Both the position numbers and the translations under genes were made by a program. Below are positions 30,030 through 39,419 of a stretch of 64,000 nucleotides of DNA, in pieces. The notes beneath the pieces are model-generated. The model made no database searches, had not been told where the DNA came from, and saw only the letters and a program-made list of their open reading frames with translations. Position 1 is the first letter of the stretch. Each line of letters starts with the position of its first letter. The DNA comes from a virus (taxonomy: Duplodnaviria > Caudoviricetes): the IMG/VR virus record IMGVR_UViG_3300031993_000007. One strand, written 5' to 3'.

Positions 30030-31061
30030 TTACTTGTTGCCTTCTTTGGCCTTGGCGCCCTTCTTCTTGAGAGCAGCCAAACCGGCAGCAGCGATGCGTG
30101 TAGCAAGAAGAACATCATGGGAGAGCCAACGAGTCTTCCTTGCAACAGAAGCAGCGTTTTCAGCGGTAATGGCACGAAGATCCTTAGCTGCCTTCAAGCA
30201 ATTCTTGACGGCTTCTTCGTCTTCAGCCTTAACGGCAGCTTCGTACTTGGACATTGCCTTACGATAAGTAGACGCAGCTTCACGAATATTCTTCTCATTT
30301 TCCTGAGCGATCGCCTTAGCGCTGGTAGAGTACTTCTTGTTCTTGAAGTAGGCCACCAGATTCTGGGCAAGACCAAGAATGGAAGCTTCAGAGTTGTATT
30401 CTTGTTCGAAAGGCTTGTACGGACTTTCCTTCAGAGAACGTTCGGCATCGGCGACATCGTTCTTAGCGGAGATGACCTTTTCCTTTTCAGTCTGAACCTT
30501 TTCTTCATAGTCCGAAGACTTAGAATCAAGGCCAGCGATAGCGCTGCTAGCGTTCTTGATGGCAGCATCGAGGGCTTCGATCTTACCAACAAGTTCTTTG
30601 CCCTTGCCAGACTTGACGTCATAGACGCCTTCAACGCCGAACATGAACCATTCGAATTCACGCTTCTTGAGTTCTTCAAAAGTCTTGCTGTTGACTTCAA
30701 CTTCAGATGCCGAGCCAAGAGCCTTGACCTTGTTTTCGAGGCCAGCACCAACGACCTTCGTGGCAATGCGGTTGCAGAGCGCAGCGATACGATCCGGGAT
30801 GGTCTTGATGAAGGCAAACACCTTCGAAATGAGGTTCTTCAGCATTTCGAAAATCTTGCGAGCGACAGCCTTGATCTTAGACCACCATTCAGCAGGAGCT
30901 TCGGAACCAAGAATCTGCTTGGTAGCTTCAGCCTTGAGGAGGGCAAGTTCGCCAGCACCTTCAACTTCAACCATGCGAAGAGTATCTTCCATGATTTCAG
31001 AGTAGGTAATCTCCGGCACGGGTGCAGCCTGAGAAGACTTGATAATGTTATCCAGATACAT
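30030..31061 (-). CDS. Internal head protein paralog 3
   Basis: MYLDNI start; LGSE then WWSKIKAVARKIFEMLK. Confidence 0.7.
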   Translation of the reverse strand: MYLDNIIKSSQAAPVPEITYSEIMEDTLRMVEVEGAGELALLKAEATKQILGSEAPAEWWSKIKAVARKIFEMLKNLISKVFAFIKTIPDRIAALCNRIATKVVGAGLENKVKALGSASEVEVNSKTFEELKKREFEWFMFGVEGVYDVKSGKGKELVGKIEALDAAIKNASSAIAGLDSKSSDYEEKVQTEKEKVISAKNDVADAERSLKESPYKPFEQEYNSEASILGLAQNLVAYFKNKKYSTSAKAIAQENEKNIREAASTYRKAMSKYEAAVKAEDEEAVKNCLKAAKDLRAITAENAASVARKTRWLSHDVLLATRIAAAGLAALKKKGAKAKEGNK

Positions 31062-31207
31062 TTTTTTTTACCTTTGGTTTGAGTTTGATAATCTTAGGCT
31101 TAAAGCCTTACGGAAAGCAATTAATAGTTATCAGGAGTATTGCAAATCATCGATACGGCACAAGGACAGTGGCATCGAACTCAAATTTGGTATACGAGAG
31201 GTCACAA

Positions 31208-31861
31208 ATGGAACTTTTTGATCAAATTGAGGAAGAACTTCTAACAATTCCTAAAACAGGAATCAGCATATCTTTATTGGTACGAACGTATGATCCTAAG
31301 ACAGAGCAAGGAGTCTTCTTAGAATTTACGAAGGCAGATGGAGGTAAAAAGTTACTTCTGAATAGTAGCGATTACTTGATGTTTAAGTTTAATAGTCGAG
31401 TAAATCGTGATTTGCATGAAACTGTAGCGGTATCATACCTGTGTATGGATACACTCAAGAGAGGAATGGCTGAAGCAGAAGAATTTATGTATGCGGCGTT
31501 CTTCGAAAATGAAAATGGAACGATTGTAGTGGATCCAGGTAAGATGAGTGGTATTAAAATCTCTGGGATGATAAAAAATAAGAGCCTGCTGTTCATGCCG
31601 GGAGTTAGCTTCAATGCAGAAGCTCAAACTCAGCAAGCAACTATTACGATGGTATTAAATGATAGCGAGTGCAGCGGAACAATGCCATACGAGACATTTC
31701 AACAGCTTTCTGAATTTTTAAAGCATTTTGATTTGTATACAAGTAGCAAGTTGTTGTTGAATACTCTAATAAATTATTGTAATTGCGGGCCATCCAGCTC
31801 TACAAAAAAGATTAATGAACCGGTGTATCAGCCGAAGCCTATTCCTCGCAGAGGACCATAG
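31208..31861 (+). CDS. Hypothetical protein
   Basis: ATG 31208 with GAGGT RBS and AACTCAAATTTG at 31178-31189. Confidence 0.65.
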   Translation: MELFDQIEEELLTIPKTGISISLLVRTYDPKTEQGVFLEFTKADGGKKLLLNSSDYLMFKFNSRVNRDLHETVAVSYLCMDTLKRGMAEAEEFMYAAFFENENGTIVVDPGKMSGIKISGMIKNKSLLFMPGVSFNAEAQTQQATITMVLNDSECSGTMPYETFQQLSEFLKHFDLYTSSKLLLNTLINYCNCGPSSSTKKINEPVYQPKPIPRRGP

Positions 31862-31923
31862 ATTTCCTCCTCGATACCAAAAAAAAACAAAGGAAGCAAA
31901 CGCTTCCTTTGTTTATTCTTGTT

Positions 31924-33423
31924 TTATTCTTGTCTTGTCGTAATATACACCGAGCGACCAATGGTATCCGTATCTATATTGTAGCCATTGTCGATCACTT
32001 GCTTCTTGAACGCACTCAGACCTTTAAGATTCTCCATAGGCGAGAATTCGTCTTTGACAATCATGGCAATCAGTCCGTGTGGGCCTTTGAATTGCAAGAT
32101 TCCAAGGGTAATAACCAGCTCCAGAGTGAGCTTAAGCTTTCTGGTTTTGTCTTCTTTAAAGTAATCTTCCATAGCTTTAAAGATACAACTGCCTTCCCAT
32201 TTGTCCAAATCGCTTTTGTCCTTGAGGTCTTCTAGAGTTTCAACTCCGCCAGCGCTAAGGCCATCAGGAAACTTTGAAAGATGTCCAGCCCAAGGGCCAA
32301 GCCATGTTATAATCTTCTTCATTACTTCACGGTCTTTGAACTTGTAAGAATTCTCTGGCTTCAGCATCGACCCATTAGCGAATGATCTGACATCATCGTT
32401 TATCAGATTATTACTTGATAACGAAAGGATGTCAGATATTCCCTTTATGATTTCCATCTTAGCCTGATCCTTGAATCTGTCATTTACATCTTCAGCGGAT
32501 GCTTTAGAGATTTTTGACGGCTCAAAGACAAGAATCTTATTTCCGGAAATCTTGTAAGTGGGAAGTTGGGTTGTAAGGATCCTGACAGATCCTTCCCCGT
32601 CACCTTCATACTTCTTGTCACCAGATACTTCTCGGTCACGTTGGATGCAACCCTTAAGAAATTCTTTGAGTTTTTCTTCGCCATCGGTGTTCATATCTAT
32701 AAGACAGTAACCAAGGCAAGCGTTCATCAGATCAAATTCATCCATGTCTTTAGCTGACTTTGTATCATCAGTGATCAGACTGTTGACGTGAGAAGCAGCT
32801 GCTTGGGCGGTTTCCCAGTCGTGCAACTCCGGCATTTCAAACTTTCCTGCCATAGTAATGATGGCTTCGACATCTTCCTTGCAGATATTTTCAAAGTTTA
32901 ATTCATCTTCGTTAGTGATGTTGAGTTTAAACACTTCGGGGTGATTAGAGAATTTCATTGTAAACTTTTTCAAGTCATTTTCGTAATCACTTATAACGAT
33001 AATCTTTTCTTTGTGAAGACGATCGTGCATACTATTGAACATCTTAACGAACGGTGAACGATATTCATTAATCAGATCCACGGCCTTCTTAGTATCTTCT
33101 TCGGCAAGGTAGCCAGCCATTGTGTAATCATCTGGTTCCCATCCATCAATGACTCGTACCAAACCTTCATGCTGGCACAGGGCTGCATGAAGATAGACAT
33201 ACGCATCGTGATTTTCAGGAGAGGCTTCTCTAGAAGCTGCGATGCCGTAGTTAAAGACATTTACAAGTCCGGTCATAAGTTTTAAGACAGAAACCGGATC
33301 CATATCTTCGATTTTGCCATCGTTCCGTTCTGCGATTTCGCTGCAAGTATTTTGAACATTGCAAGTGGAATGTACAAATCCAGCAGCTGGACTGAGTACG
33401 AGTCTTTCGTTAGTTTCTTCCAT
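31924..33423 (-). CDS. Hypothetical protein
   Basis: About 500 aa; GGAG RBS before ATG 33423; TATATTAT at 33451-33458. Confidence 0.7.
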   Translation of the reverse strand: MEETNERLVLSPAAGFVHSTCNVQNTCSEIAERNDGKIEDMDPVSVLKLMTGLVNVFNYGIAASREASPENHDAYVYLHAALCQHEGLVRVIDGWEPDDYTMAGYLAEEDTKKAVDLINEYRSPFVKMFNSMHDRLHKEKIIVISDYENDLKKFTMKFSNHPEVFKLNITNEDELNFENICKEDVEAIITMAGKFEMPELHDWETAQAAASHVNSLITDDTKSAKDMDEFDLMNACLGYCLIDMNTDGEEKLKEFLKGCIQRDREVSGDKKYEGDGEGSVRILTTQLPTYKISGNKILVFEPSKISKASAEDVNDRFKDQAKMEIIKGISDILSLSSNNLINDDVRSFANGSMLKPENSYKFKDREVMKKIITWLGPWAGHLSKFPDGLSAGGVETLEDLKDKSDLDKWEGSCIFKAMEDYFKEDKTRKLKLTLELVITLGILQFKGPHGLIAMIVKDEFSPMENLKGLSAFKKQVIDNGYNIDTDTIGRSVYITTRQE

Positions 33424-33491
33424 TTTTATCTCCATTAGGTTGGTCAGAGAATAATATAGAGCCAAAGGTTAGTACCTTTGGCTATCTATAA

Positions 33492-34028
33492 TTACACATA
33501 ATTGACGGCGTTTTTGAGCAGCCACTTTCGACCATATCGAACTGGGCGCTTAACATCAGCCGGAATGATGGCTTCGAGCTCTTCGTCAGTTGCTTCAGAA
33601 ATATTGTCCTTTGTAAAGGTCTTTTTCTCTTCAGCAGGTTGTTCTTCAGACTTCGGAGCCTCTTCAGTAGGAGCTTCATTTACTACTTCGGCAGGTTGCT
33701 CCACAGTTTCTTCGACCTTGACTTCTTCTTTGGGCTCCTCTGCCTTTGCCTCTTCTGTAGACTTCTTGAGAGGAGAAATCTTAGCTGGAGACTGCTCAGC
33801 AGAAGCCAAAGTTGCAGCTCGTTTCTCTTCTAGAGAAGGAACGTGCATAGACTTCGTCACGGCTATCCTCGGTTGTTCGACTGGCTCAGCCTTGGAGACT
33901 GTGATTTGGAGGCTAAATCCCATATTGGCAAGCTGCTTGCAAAGAGCGTCCGAGATTTTGACGTTCGTTACAGGGCCTCGGCCAACACCAGGAATGTTAC
34001 CTGTGTAGTTACAAGAAACGACTTTCAT
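33492..34028 (-). CDS. Hypothetical protein with Glu/Pro-rich linker
   Basis: N-terminal GNIPGVGRGPV segment then low-complexity region; AAAGGT RBS. Confidence 0.65.
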   Translation of the reverse strand: MKVVSCNYTGNIPGVGRGPVTNVKISDALCKQLANMGFSLQITVSKAEPVEQPRIAVTKSMHVPSLEEKRAATLASAEQSPAKISPLKKSTEEAKAEEPKEEVKVEETVEQPAEVVNEAPTEEAPKSEEQPAEEKKTFTKDNISEATDEELEAIIPADVKRPVRYGRKWLLKNAVNYV

Positions 34029-34099
34029 GTGTGTACCTTTGGTTCTGTGGTGGGAATAAATAGGCTGATCCGAAAATTCGAATCAGCCATTTGATAATC

Positions 34100-34795
34100 T
34101 TACAGATTGCATTCGAGTTCTGCTTCAGCTTCTTCAGCGAGGAGAATAATAGCAGATTCGGTGGCAAATTCGTCTTCTTCTTCGTCACCTTCACCTTCGT
34201 CTCCGGACTTATCGTCGGTGCCATCGGATTCACCTGCGGATTCAGCCGGATCTTTCTTATCTCCGTCCTTGAAGAGTTCATCAGAGAACAGGTCTGCAAT
34301 GTCAGACTTGTGCTTCTTGCTGCCCTTCTTCTTTTCGATTTCTTCTTCGTTTTCACCCGGAGTTTTGTCGCCTTCACCCGGAGTTTCTTCAGGTTCGGTA
34401 CCTGCGTCAGCGAAGAGTTCTTCTTCGATAGTCTTGCACTTCTTGTTCTTTGCAAGTTCCTTTTCGGCCTGATTGCCTACGGTATCCGGATTCGGATCCT
34501 TGGCTTCAGTACCGGCATCGGCACCTTCGCCCGGAGCGTGTTCGTCAAAGAGCTGGTTGAGTTCGGGATCATCAAACAGAGGCATAGTAGTATCCTGTGT
34601 AGAATTGTTGGATTTTGTTTCCTTGCACTGGCACGGAGATTTTCCACAAGTGGGGCAGGCTTTATCGGAATGTTGACAAGTGCAGGGCTGATTTCCGCAC
34701 TTTTCACAAACCTTGGACGAGTCCATCTCGCTAGATCCCGTCTCTGCAAAGAGTTCGGTTTCTATTTCATTCAAGAGTTCGTTAGTAATGGGCAT
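34100..34795 (-). CDS. Highly acidic protein with two CxxCGxxPCxC motifs
   Basis: ATG 34795 after GAGG; CEKCGNQPCTC and CPTCGKSPCQC. Confidence 0.65.
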   Translation of the reverse strand: MPITNELLNEIETELFAETGSSEMDSSKVCEKCGNQPCTCQHSDKACPTCGKSPCQCKETKSNNSTQDTTMPLFDDPELNQLFDEHAPGEGADAGTEAKDPNPDTVGNQAEKELAKNKKCKTIEEELFADAGTEPEETPGEGDKTPGENEEEIEKKKGSKKHKSDIADLFSDELFKDGDKKDPAESAGESDGTDDKSGDEGEGDEEEDEFATESAIILLAEEAEAELECNL

Positions 34796-34802
34796 AGCAA
34801 CC

Positions 34803-35042
34803 TCATGGTTCAACGAGTTTCTCGAAGTCTGATTCCAGTTTGGACATCTCGGCTTCGTCGAATTCTTCAGAGTCTTCAAAGAAGGACACCTCAGATCTAC
34901 AAAAAGCTTCAATGTCACTGAAGTCTTCATTGAGAAGTTCCCTAGTGAATTCTTTGGAATCTTCCTGAAGGTCTTGTTTTTGGTTTTCACCTAAAAATCT
35001 AGAGGTTTCCTCTAACTTATTAATTTTAGTTGTTCCAATCAT
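34803..35042 (-). CDS. Small acidic protein
   Basis: 79 aa from ATG 35042, fills the gap between co-oriented genes. Confidence 0.45.
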   Translation of the reverse strand: MIGTTKINKLEETSRFLGENQKQDLQEDSKEFTRELLNEDFSDIEAFCRSEVSFFEDSEEFDEAEMSKLESDFEKLVEP

Positions 35043-36279
35043 AAATCGTCCTAATTCGGTTAATGATGTCATGGAAAATATAGATAGCAATCGGAAGATA
35101 GTAGTAATCCCAGATTGTACCCATCGGATTGATCAACGGAAGATACTTTCGGACATCTTCAAGAGTAGGGTTGTCCTTCCAGAATTTGATCAAGCGATGA
35201 TAATTAACAGCTTCAGGAACATCCGGCTGAATCTCGTCCGTTTCATCACGGAGATATTCCCAGAGGTTGCCAAAAATCTTTTGGTAGCCAAACTTACAAG
35301 GAGAGCAGCACGATCCGGCATAGCCAACTCCACGGACTACATAGTCACGAAGATGACGACCGGGAACTTCCTCGTGATAAGGCATTCTCATGTAAGCGCC
35401 TTCATAGTCAGCCATGAAGCAGAAGTTATGATTCTGCACAGCCCAGAAGAGAGTAGTCTTGTAGACTTTGTATAGTTCGGGGAAGTCTTCTACTTCAAAG
35501 GTGATCGGGTGGAGCTCATCACGGTATGGACGAGATCTAGACATGATATTTTCGTGGGCCACAAAGAAGTGTGCACATTCATCCCACCAAAGATAGAACG
35601 GCATTGTATCTAGTTCTTTCATGTAGGCATCTGTGCGGCGGTCATAGAACATCGATCCAATATCTACCACAAGCCTGTCAATCTTCTTTTGAATTTCAAA
35701 GCAAAGCTCAGCCTTGTCTTCTGCAACGATAGCGCTCTTGTTGGCACTAGACGGACTACCGACCACTTCGTAATTGCATTCTACCTGCTTTTTAAGATCC
35801 TCGATATCTGCGAAGGTCTTGTACAAGTAGTAATTGACAGTGTAGAAAGCTCGTCCACGGATGTGCGACCTAGTGACCTTGCTAACACGGAATACAGCAG
35901 TCTTGTGTCCATACCAAGGAATTGTGAACAAGTCGTCTTCTCTGGGCTGAACACTAGTAGGCGGCACTAGAGCCGTACCTTCCACGTTAGCTTCAGTGCC
36001 GACATCTTCGCTTTCATCGGGATCAGCGTCACTAAGGTTTGTAGCCTTATAGAACGGGAAATTCTTAATGAGATTGAATTTTACCGGACTGTCTGTTCCA
36101 AGAATCTCCTGCACAGTTCGAAGATTTACATCGTGAGTAGAAGCAAAGAAATTCTTGCTATAATAATTTACCAGCAGCGGAAGCGCATTTAGGAAGGTGG
36201 AGTAGTCTTCAAGACTTTGCTTCAAAAATGCAGCTTGCGTAGCTTTAAAGTTTCTGGTATCTGAAAGTACAGTAGCCAT
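35026..36279 (-). CDS. Putative virion structural protein
   Basis: 417 aa directly downstream of the beta'-N gene; NYYS...SPVKFNLIKNFPFY pattern recalled from jumbo-phage virion proteins. Confidence 0.5.
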   Translation of the reverse strand: MATVLSDTRNFKATQAAFLKQSLEDYSTFLNALPLLVNYYSKNFFASTHDVNLRTVQEILGTDSPVKFNLIKNFPFYKATNLSDADPDESEDVGTEANVEGTALVPPTSVQPREDDLFTIPWYGHKTAVFRVSKVTRSHIRGRAFYTVNYYLYKTFADIEDLKKQVECNYEVVGSPSSANKSAIVAEDKAELCFEIQKKIDRLVVDIGSMFYDRRTDAYMKELDTMPFYLWWDECAHFFVAHENIMSRSRPYRDELHPITFEVEDFPELYKVYKTTLFWAVQNHNFCFMADYEGAYMRMPYHEEVPGRHLRDYVVRGVGYAGSCCSPCKFGYQKIFGNLWEYLRDETDEIQPDVPEAVNYHRLIKFWKDNPTLEDVRKYLPLINPMGTIWDYYYLPIAIYIFHDIINRIRTIYDWNN

Positions 36280-36287
36280 GCTAATTC

Positions 36288-37781
36288 CTATTTCGTAAGT
36301 TCATAGATGGAGACAAACGCCTCTTTCTGAAGATCGCGGCTCATACTTCCATCGGGTTGAAGAAGCATCAATGGGGATGAAATGCTCTTAGCAAGTTCTT
36401 CATTGGCCTCCTGACTAAAGACTCCCTTTAGCGACATCGTGTCGCCATCGAAGTCACCTCCAAAGCCAGACAGCGTAGTAGAGTTTGGCATGGAGCTGTC
36501 AATCCAGTGAAGATTCTTTGCAAAAATATTTGGATAGTTCTTGTAGGTAGTCCCGAACATCGTTATTTCAGGAATGGTCTCTTCAGTGGTAAGAATCACC
36601 GGACGGAAGGGCTCCACGTTTCGGTAGTCTTCCAGAGGGAAGCGCACCATGATTACAAACTTGTTCTGAATGACGTTGTGGACGCACTTATACAAGAAAT
36701 CTAGAATAGTGAAGGGTCTACCCAGAATCTTCTTATACTCGATGTCCATGATGTTTTCGCCTTCCTGTGTCTCAATGGCAAACGGCTGAAGACGGTTCTC
36801 TGGACTCTTAGCGTAGAATTTAATCAGTTTCTCGAAGCTAGTGGAGCTAATCTGATCTATGGTAGTGTCCATGATCTTAAGACCCTTTCCATTAGCAAGA
36901 TAGAGCTTATAAGCACTAAGACTCTGACAACTAGCCTGCATTTCTGCTACCACAAAGGGCATAAACAGAGCAGCCAGCTGATGCAGAGGAATTCCTACAT
37001 AGCCGTACGGAACCAGCATGTCTTTGTAGGAATTGGCGTTACGGATCGGAGCGCAACTGATAACCGTTCTGGTGGAGTAGTCGATATTCTTGCCGAGGAT
37101 ATCTTTGTGGATGATACCCTGCTTCTTGGCAATCCTATTACGGAAGAAACGGCTGATTTCCACCAGAGTATTTTGGATATTCATTTCACTAGAGTATGCA
37201 GAGAAGAATTGACCTTCATTCTTTAGCATCTTAGCCACAGAAATCAGCTTGATATACATACTTCCGAGCTCATCAATACTGCGAGCGCTATCACCAGTTC
37301 TAAGGTTGATGTCAAAGTAGAACGGAGGAATGGTTATCCACTTAGTTACAAAGATTTTGTTCTTCGGGAATAGCTTAAACAGACTTGTGCGTTTAGAGCG
37401 GCTTCTAGATCCACGGTCATCTAGATTAATCTTTTCGTAGTTCTTGTATAGCCATTCAAGGCCAGTACCGCCCTTCTCATCTTCAACAATGATGCCATTA
37501 TTACCGACAGAGAAGTTCTTTCGTCCGGCAATTAGGTCGGGAAGCTTGGTGAAGAGCTTCTGCATTTGTTCGTATGCAACTGGATGCAGGAACGGACGTC
37601 CGAGATCAATCCAGCCATATTGAAGACGACGGCGAGTAGAGCCGGGTCTGCCGAACAATTCGTAGCTAAATATTCCGTCAGAAGTTGGAATATTAGATCC
37701 TTCTACATAGACTGGATTGGTAATCTCAGGAAGATTATTTACTTTAATAATCTCTTCAATATTTGGAAGATCTAATTTCAT
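36288..37781 (-). CDS. rpoC: RNA polymerase beta' N-terminal/middle subunit with catalytic DFDGD (probably virion RNAP)
   Basis: DGIFSYELFG, GWIDLGRPFLHP, LGKNIDYSTRTVI, VRFP, GGDFDGD; late-type motif at 37799-37810. Confidence 0.88.
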   Translation of the reverse strand: MKLDLPNIEEIIKVNNLPEITNPVYVEGSNIPTSDGIFSYELFGRPGSTRRRLQYGWIDLGRPFLHPVAYEQMQKLFTKLPDLIAGRKNFSVGNNGIIVEDEKGGTGLEWLYKNYEKINLDDRGSRSRSKRTSLFKLFPKNKIFVTKWITIPPFYFDINLRTGDSARSIDELGSMYIKLISVAKMLKNEGQFFSAYSSEMNIQNTLVEISRFFRNRIAKKQGIIHKDILGKNIDYSTRTVISCAPIRNANSYKDMLVPYGYVGIPLHQLAALFMPFVVAEMQASCQSLSAYKLYLANGKGLKIMDTTIDQISSTSFEKLIKFYAKSPENRLQPFAIETQEGENIMDIEYKKILGRPFTILDFLYKCVHNVIQNKFVIMVRFPLEDYRNVEPFRPVILTTEETIPEITMFGTTYKNYPNIFAKNLHWIDSSMPNSTTLSGFGGDFDGDTMSLKGVFSQEANEELAKSISSPLMLLQPDGSMSRDLQKEAFVSIYELTK

Positions 37782-37840
37782 AAGTATTCCTTAGTTATCA
37801 AAGGAAAGTTCTAGCCCATAGGAAACCTATGGGCTTTGAA

Positions 37841-38491
37841 TTAGTAAGTGTTAAGAGTGAATTTCTTTTCTTCGGCTAGATTCTTAGCTGCTAGGATCAA
37901 GCCTTGGTTGTAGCCATACGAAGGAAAGATAAACTCTTTTTTCTCGTCTCCGCAGTGTTCCATCACATCTAACTGGTTAGCCGGATGGTCATCTACAAAG
38001 ACATCGAAATCGCCATACATCTTAGAGATAATCTTTGACTTTGGTTCAGAGATATCTATAGCTTCGTAAGCGAAATCTGTATTCTTGAAATGGTTAAAGA
38101 TCCATTCACGTTTGCTAATGTCTGACTTACCGCCAAGAACATGTGTAACAAATACGATCTTATGGCCTTGATTTCTAAGGACTAGCTCACTTCCAAATTT
38201 GGTTAATGGAAGGCCTTGATAAAAAGTCTCATTGTCTTTATAGGCATTTAAGAACGTTTCTCTAGCAATATCCGGAAGTCCTAACCATTCAGGAAGATCA
38301 TAAATAAGCCTGTCCATTACGGCTTTTTCAAAAGATTCTCTGCCTCCGCAAGCCGCATGAACCACAGCCCAGTTGCTTACCCTATTGAAGATTACTTTCT
38401 TCTTGAAGGCTTCGGCAATCCACTTAGGATCCGGAATAACAACCACATCGTCAATATCACATATCACCAGCTTCTTTTTTGTGCTTGCCAT
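37841..38491 (-). CDS. HAD-family 5'(3')-deoxyribonucleotidase
   Basis: ICDIDDVV motif I, FVTH, K, FVDDHP motif IV; GAGG RBS before ATG 38491. Confidence 0.75.
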   Translation of the reverse strand: MASTKKKLVICDIDDVVVIPDPKWIAEAFKKKVIFNRVSNWAVVHAACGGRESFEKAVMDRLIYDLPEWLGLPDIARETFLNAYKDNETFYQGLPLTKFGSELVLRNQGHKIVFVTHVLGGKSDISKREWIFNHFKNTDFAYEAIDISEPKSKIISKMYGDFDVFVDDHPANQLDVMEHCGDEKKEFIFPSYGYNQGLILAAKNLAEEKKFTLNTY

Positions 38492-38552
38492 AATGTCCTC
38501 ATAAAAAATAAAAAAGGCCGGATTGCTCCGGCCCATTTGTACATGGAGAATC

Positions 38553-39389
38553 TTAGAAGGGAAGATCGCCGTCGTCAGCGGTACCACCCCAGCCAGCTTC
38601 GTAAGAAGTTTCAGCTTGCTGTTGGGCAGGTGCCTGACCACCGCCATTCTGCTGATTAGGAGCTCCACGGCGAGTTACCACACGACCATTGGAGTTACCC
38701 ATCGGCTTACGTTGCTCACGGGCGTTACGATAGTTAACGGCCTGACGGATCGGAATGTAGTCAAGCGGAGTCTGAAGAACTTCAGCCATGCGATTGAGCC
38801 ACCTTACGAAAACCTTGAGCATCGTATTGGTCTTTTCAACGATAGAGTCAGCTTCGCCTTCCTTCACTGCAGTGAGATCCTTGTAGTAAGTGAGCTCCTT
38901 GCAGCTGAACGGGAATTGGGCGTTGAACTGTGCGTTACCAACGCTAGATTCTACATAAAGGATAAATTCATTGCTGGGGCCTTCGCCCTTATATCCTTCA
39001 AGGCTAGAGGTGCGAATGAGGCGGAGATTCTTTTCGTTACCTTCACCACCTGTACGAATGCCAACTTCACCAATTTCTTTGTTGACAACCATCTTCTTAA
39101 CCATGTCGAGGAAGTCTTCAAGGTCAGAAGAGTTGATGCCTACGAAAATGATGTTGTCATAATCATAGATCTTTTCGCCTTTGCGAGGAGCACGACCACG
39201 AGTCTCAGGGAAACGAGGAGCGAACTGGACGGTAGCGAAAGTACGACCATAGCCATCAGAGCTGTAGCCGAGGATCAAGCAGCTGTCGTCAGAGAAGTAG
39301 CTTCCACAACGAGTGTTGACGAAATTAGACTTCTTTTCTTCAGTTGCGTTGGAGTTGGTGTTGTTATTGGCATTATTTTGCTGTGTCAT
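38553..39389 (-). CDS. ssb: Single-stranded DNA-binding protein
   Basis: Gln/Gly-rich tail ending in acidic DDGDLPF; directly downstream of the DNA polymerase. Confidence 0.65.
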   Translation of the reverse strand: MTQQNNANNNTNSNATEEKKSNFVNTRCGSYFSDDSCLILGYSSDGYGRTFATVQFAPRFPETRGRAPRKGEKIYDYDNIIFVGINSSDLEDFLDMVKKMVVNKEIGEVGIRTGGEGNEKNLRLIRTSSLEGYKGEGPSNEFILYVESSVGNAQFNAQFPFSCKELTYYKDLTAVKEGEADSIVEKTNTMLKVFVRWLNRMAEVLQTPLDYIPIRQAVNYRNAREQRKPMGNSNGRVVTRRGAPNQQNGGGQAPAQQQAETSYEAGWGGTADDGDLPF

Positions 39390-39419
39390 AATGGAACCTT
39401 CACTTGAGGTTAAATTTGT

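Noticed and set aside
27292-31082. Long antisense ORFs (also 15174-16331, 16890-17783, 41521-42810, 55137-56948)
   Set aside because: They mirror well-supported genes, lack recognisable motifs, and are explained by avoidance of TTA/CTA/TCA codons on the coding strand
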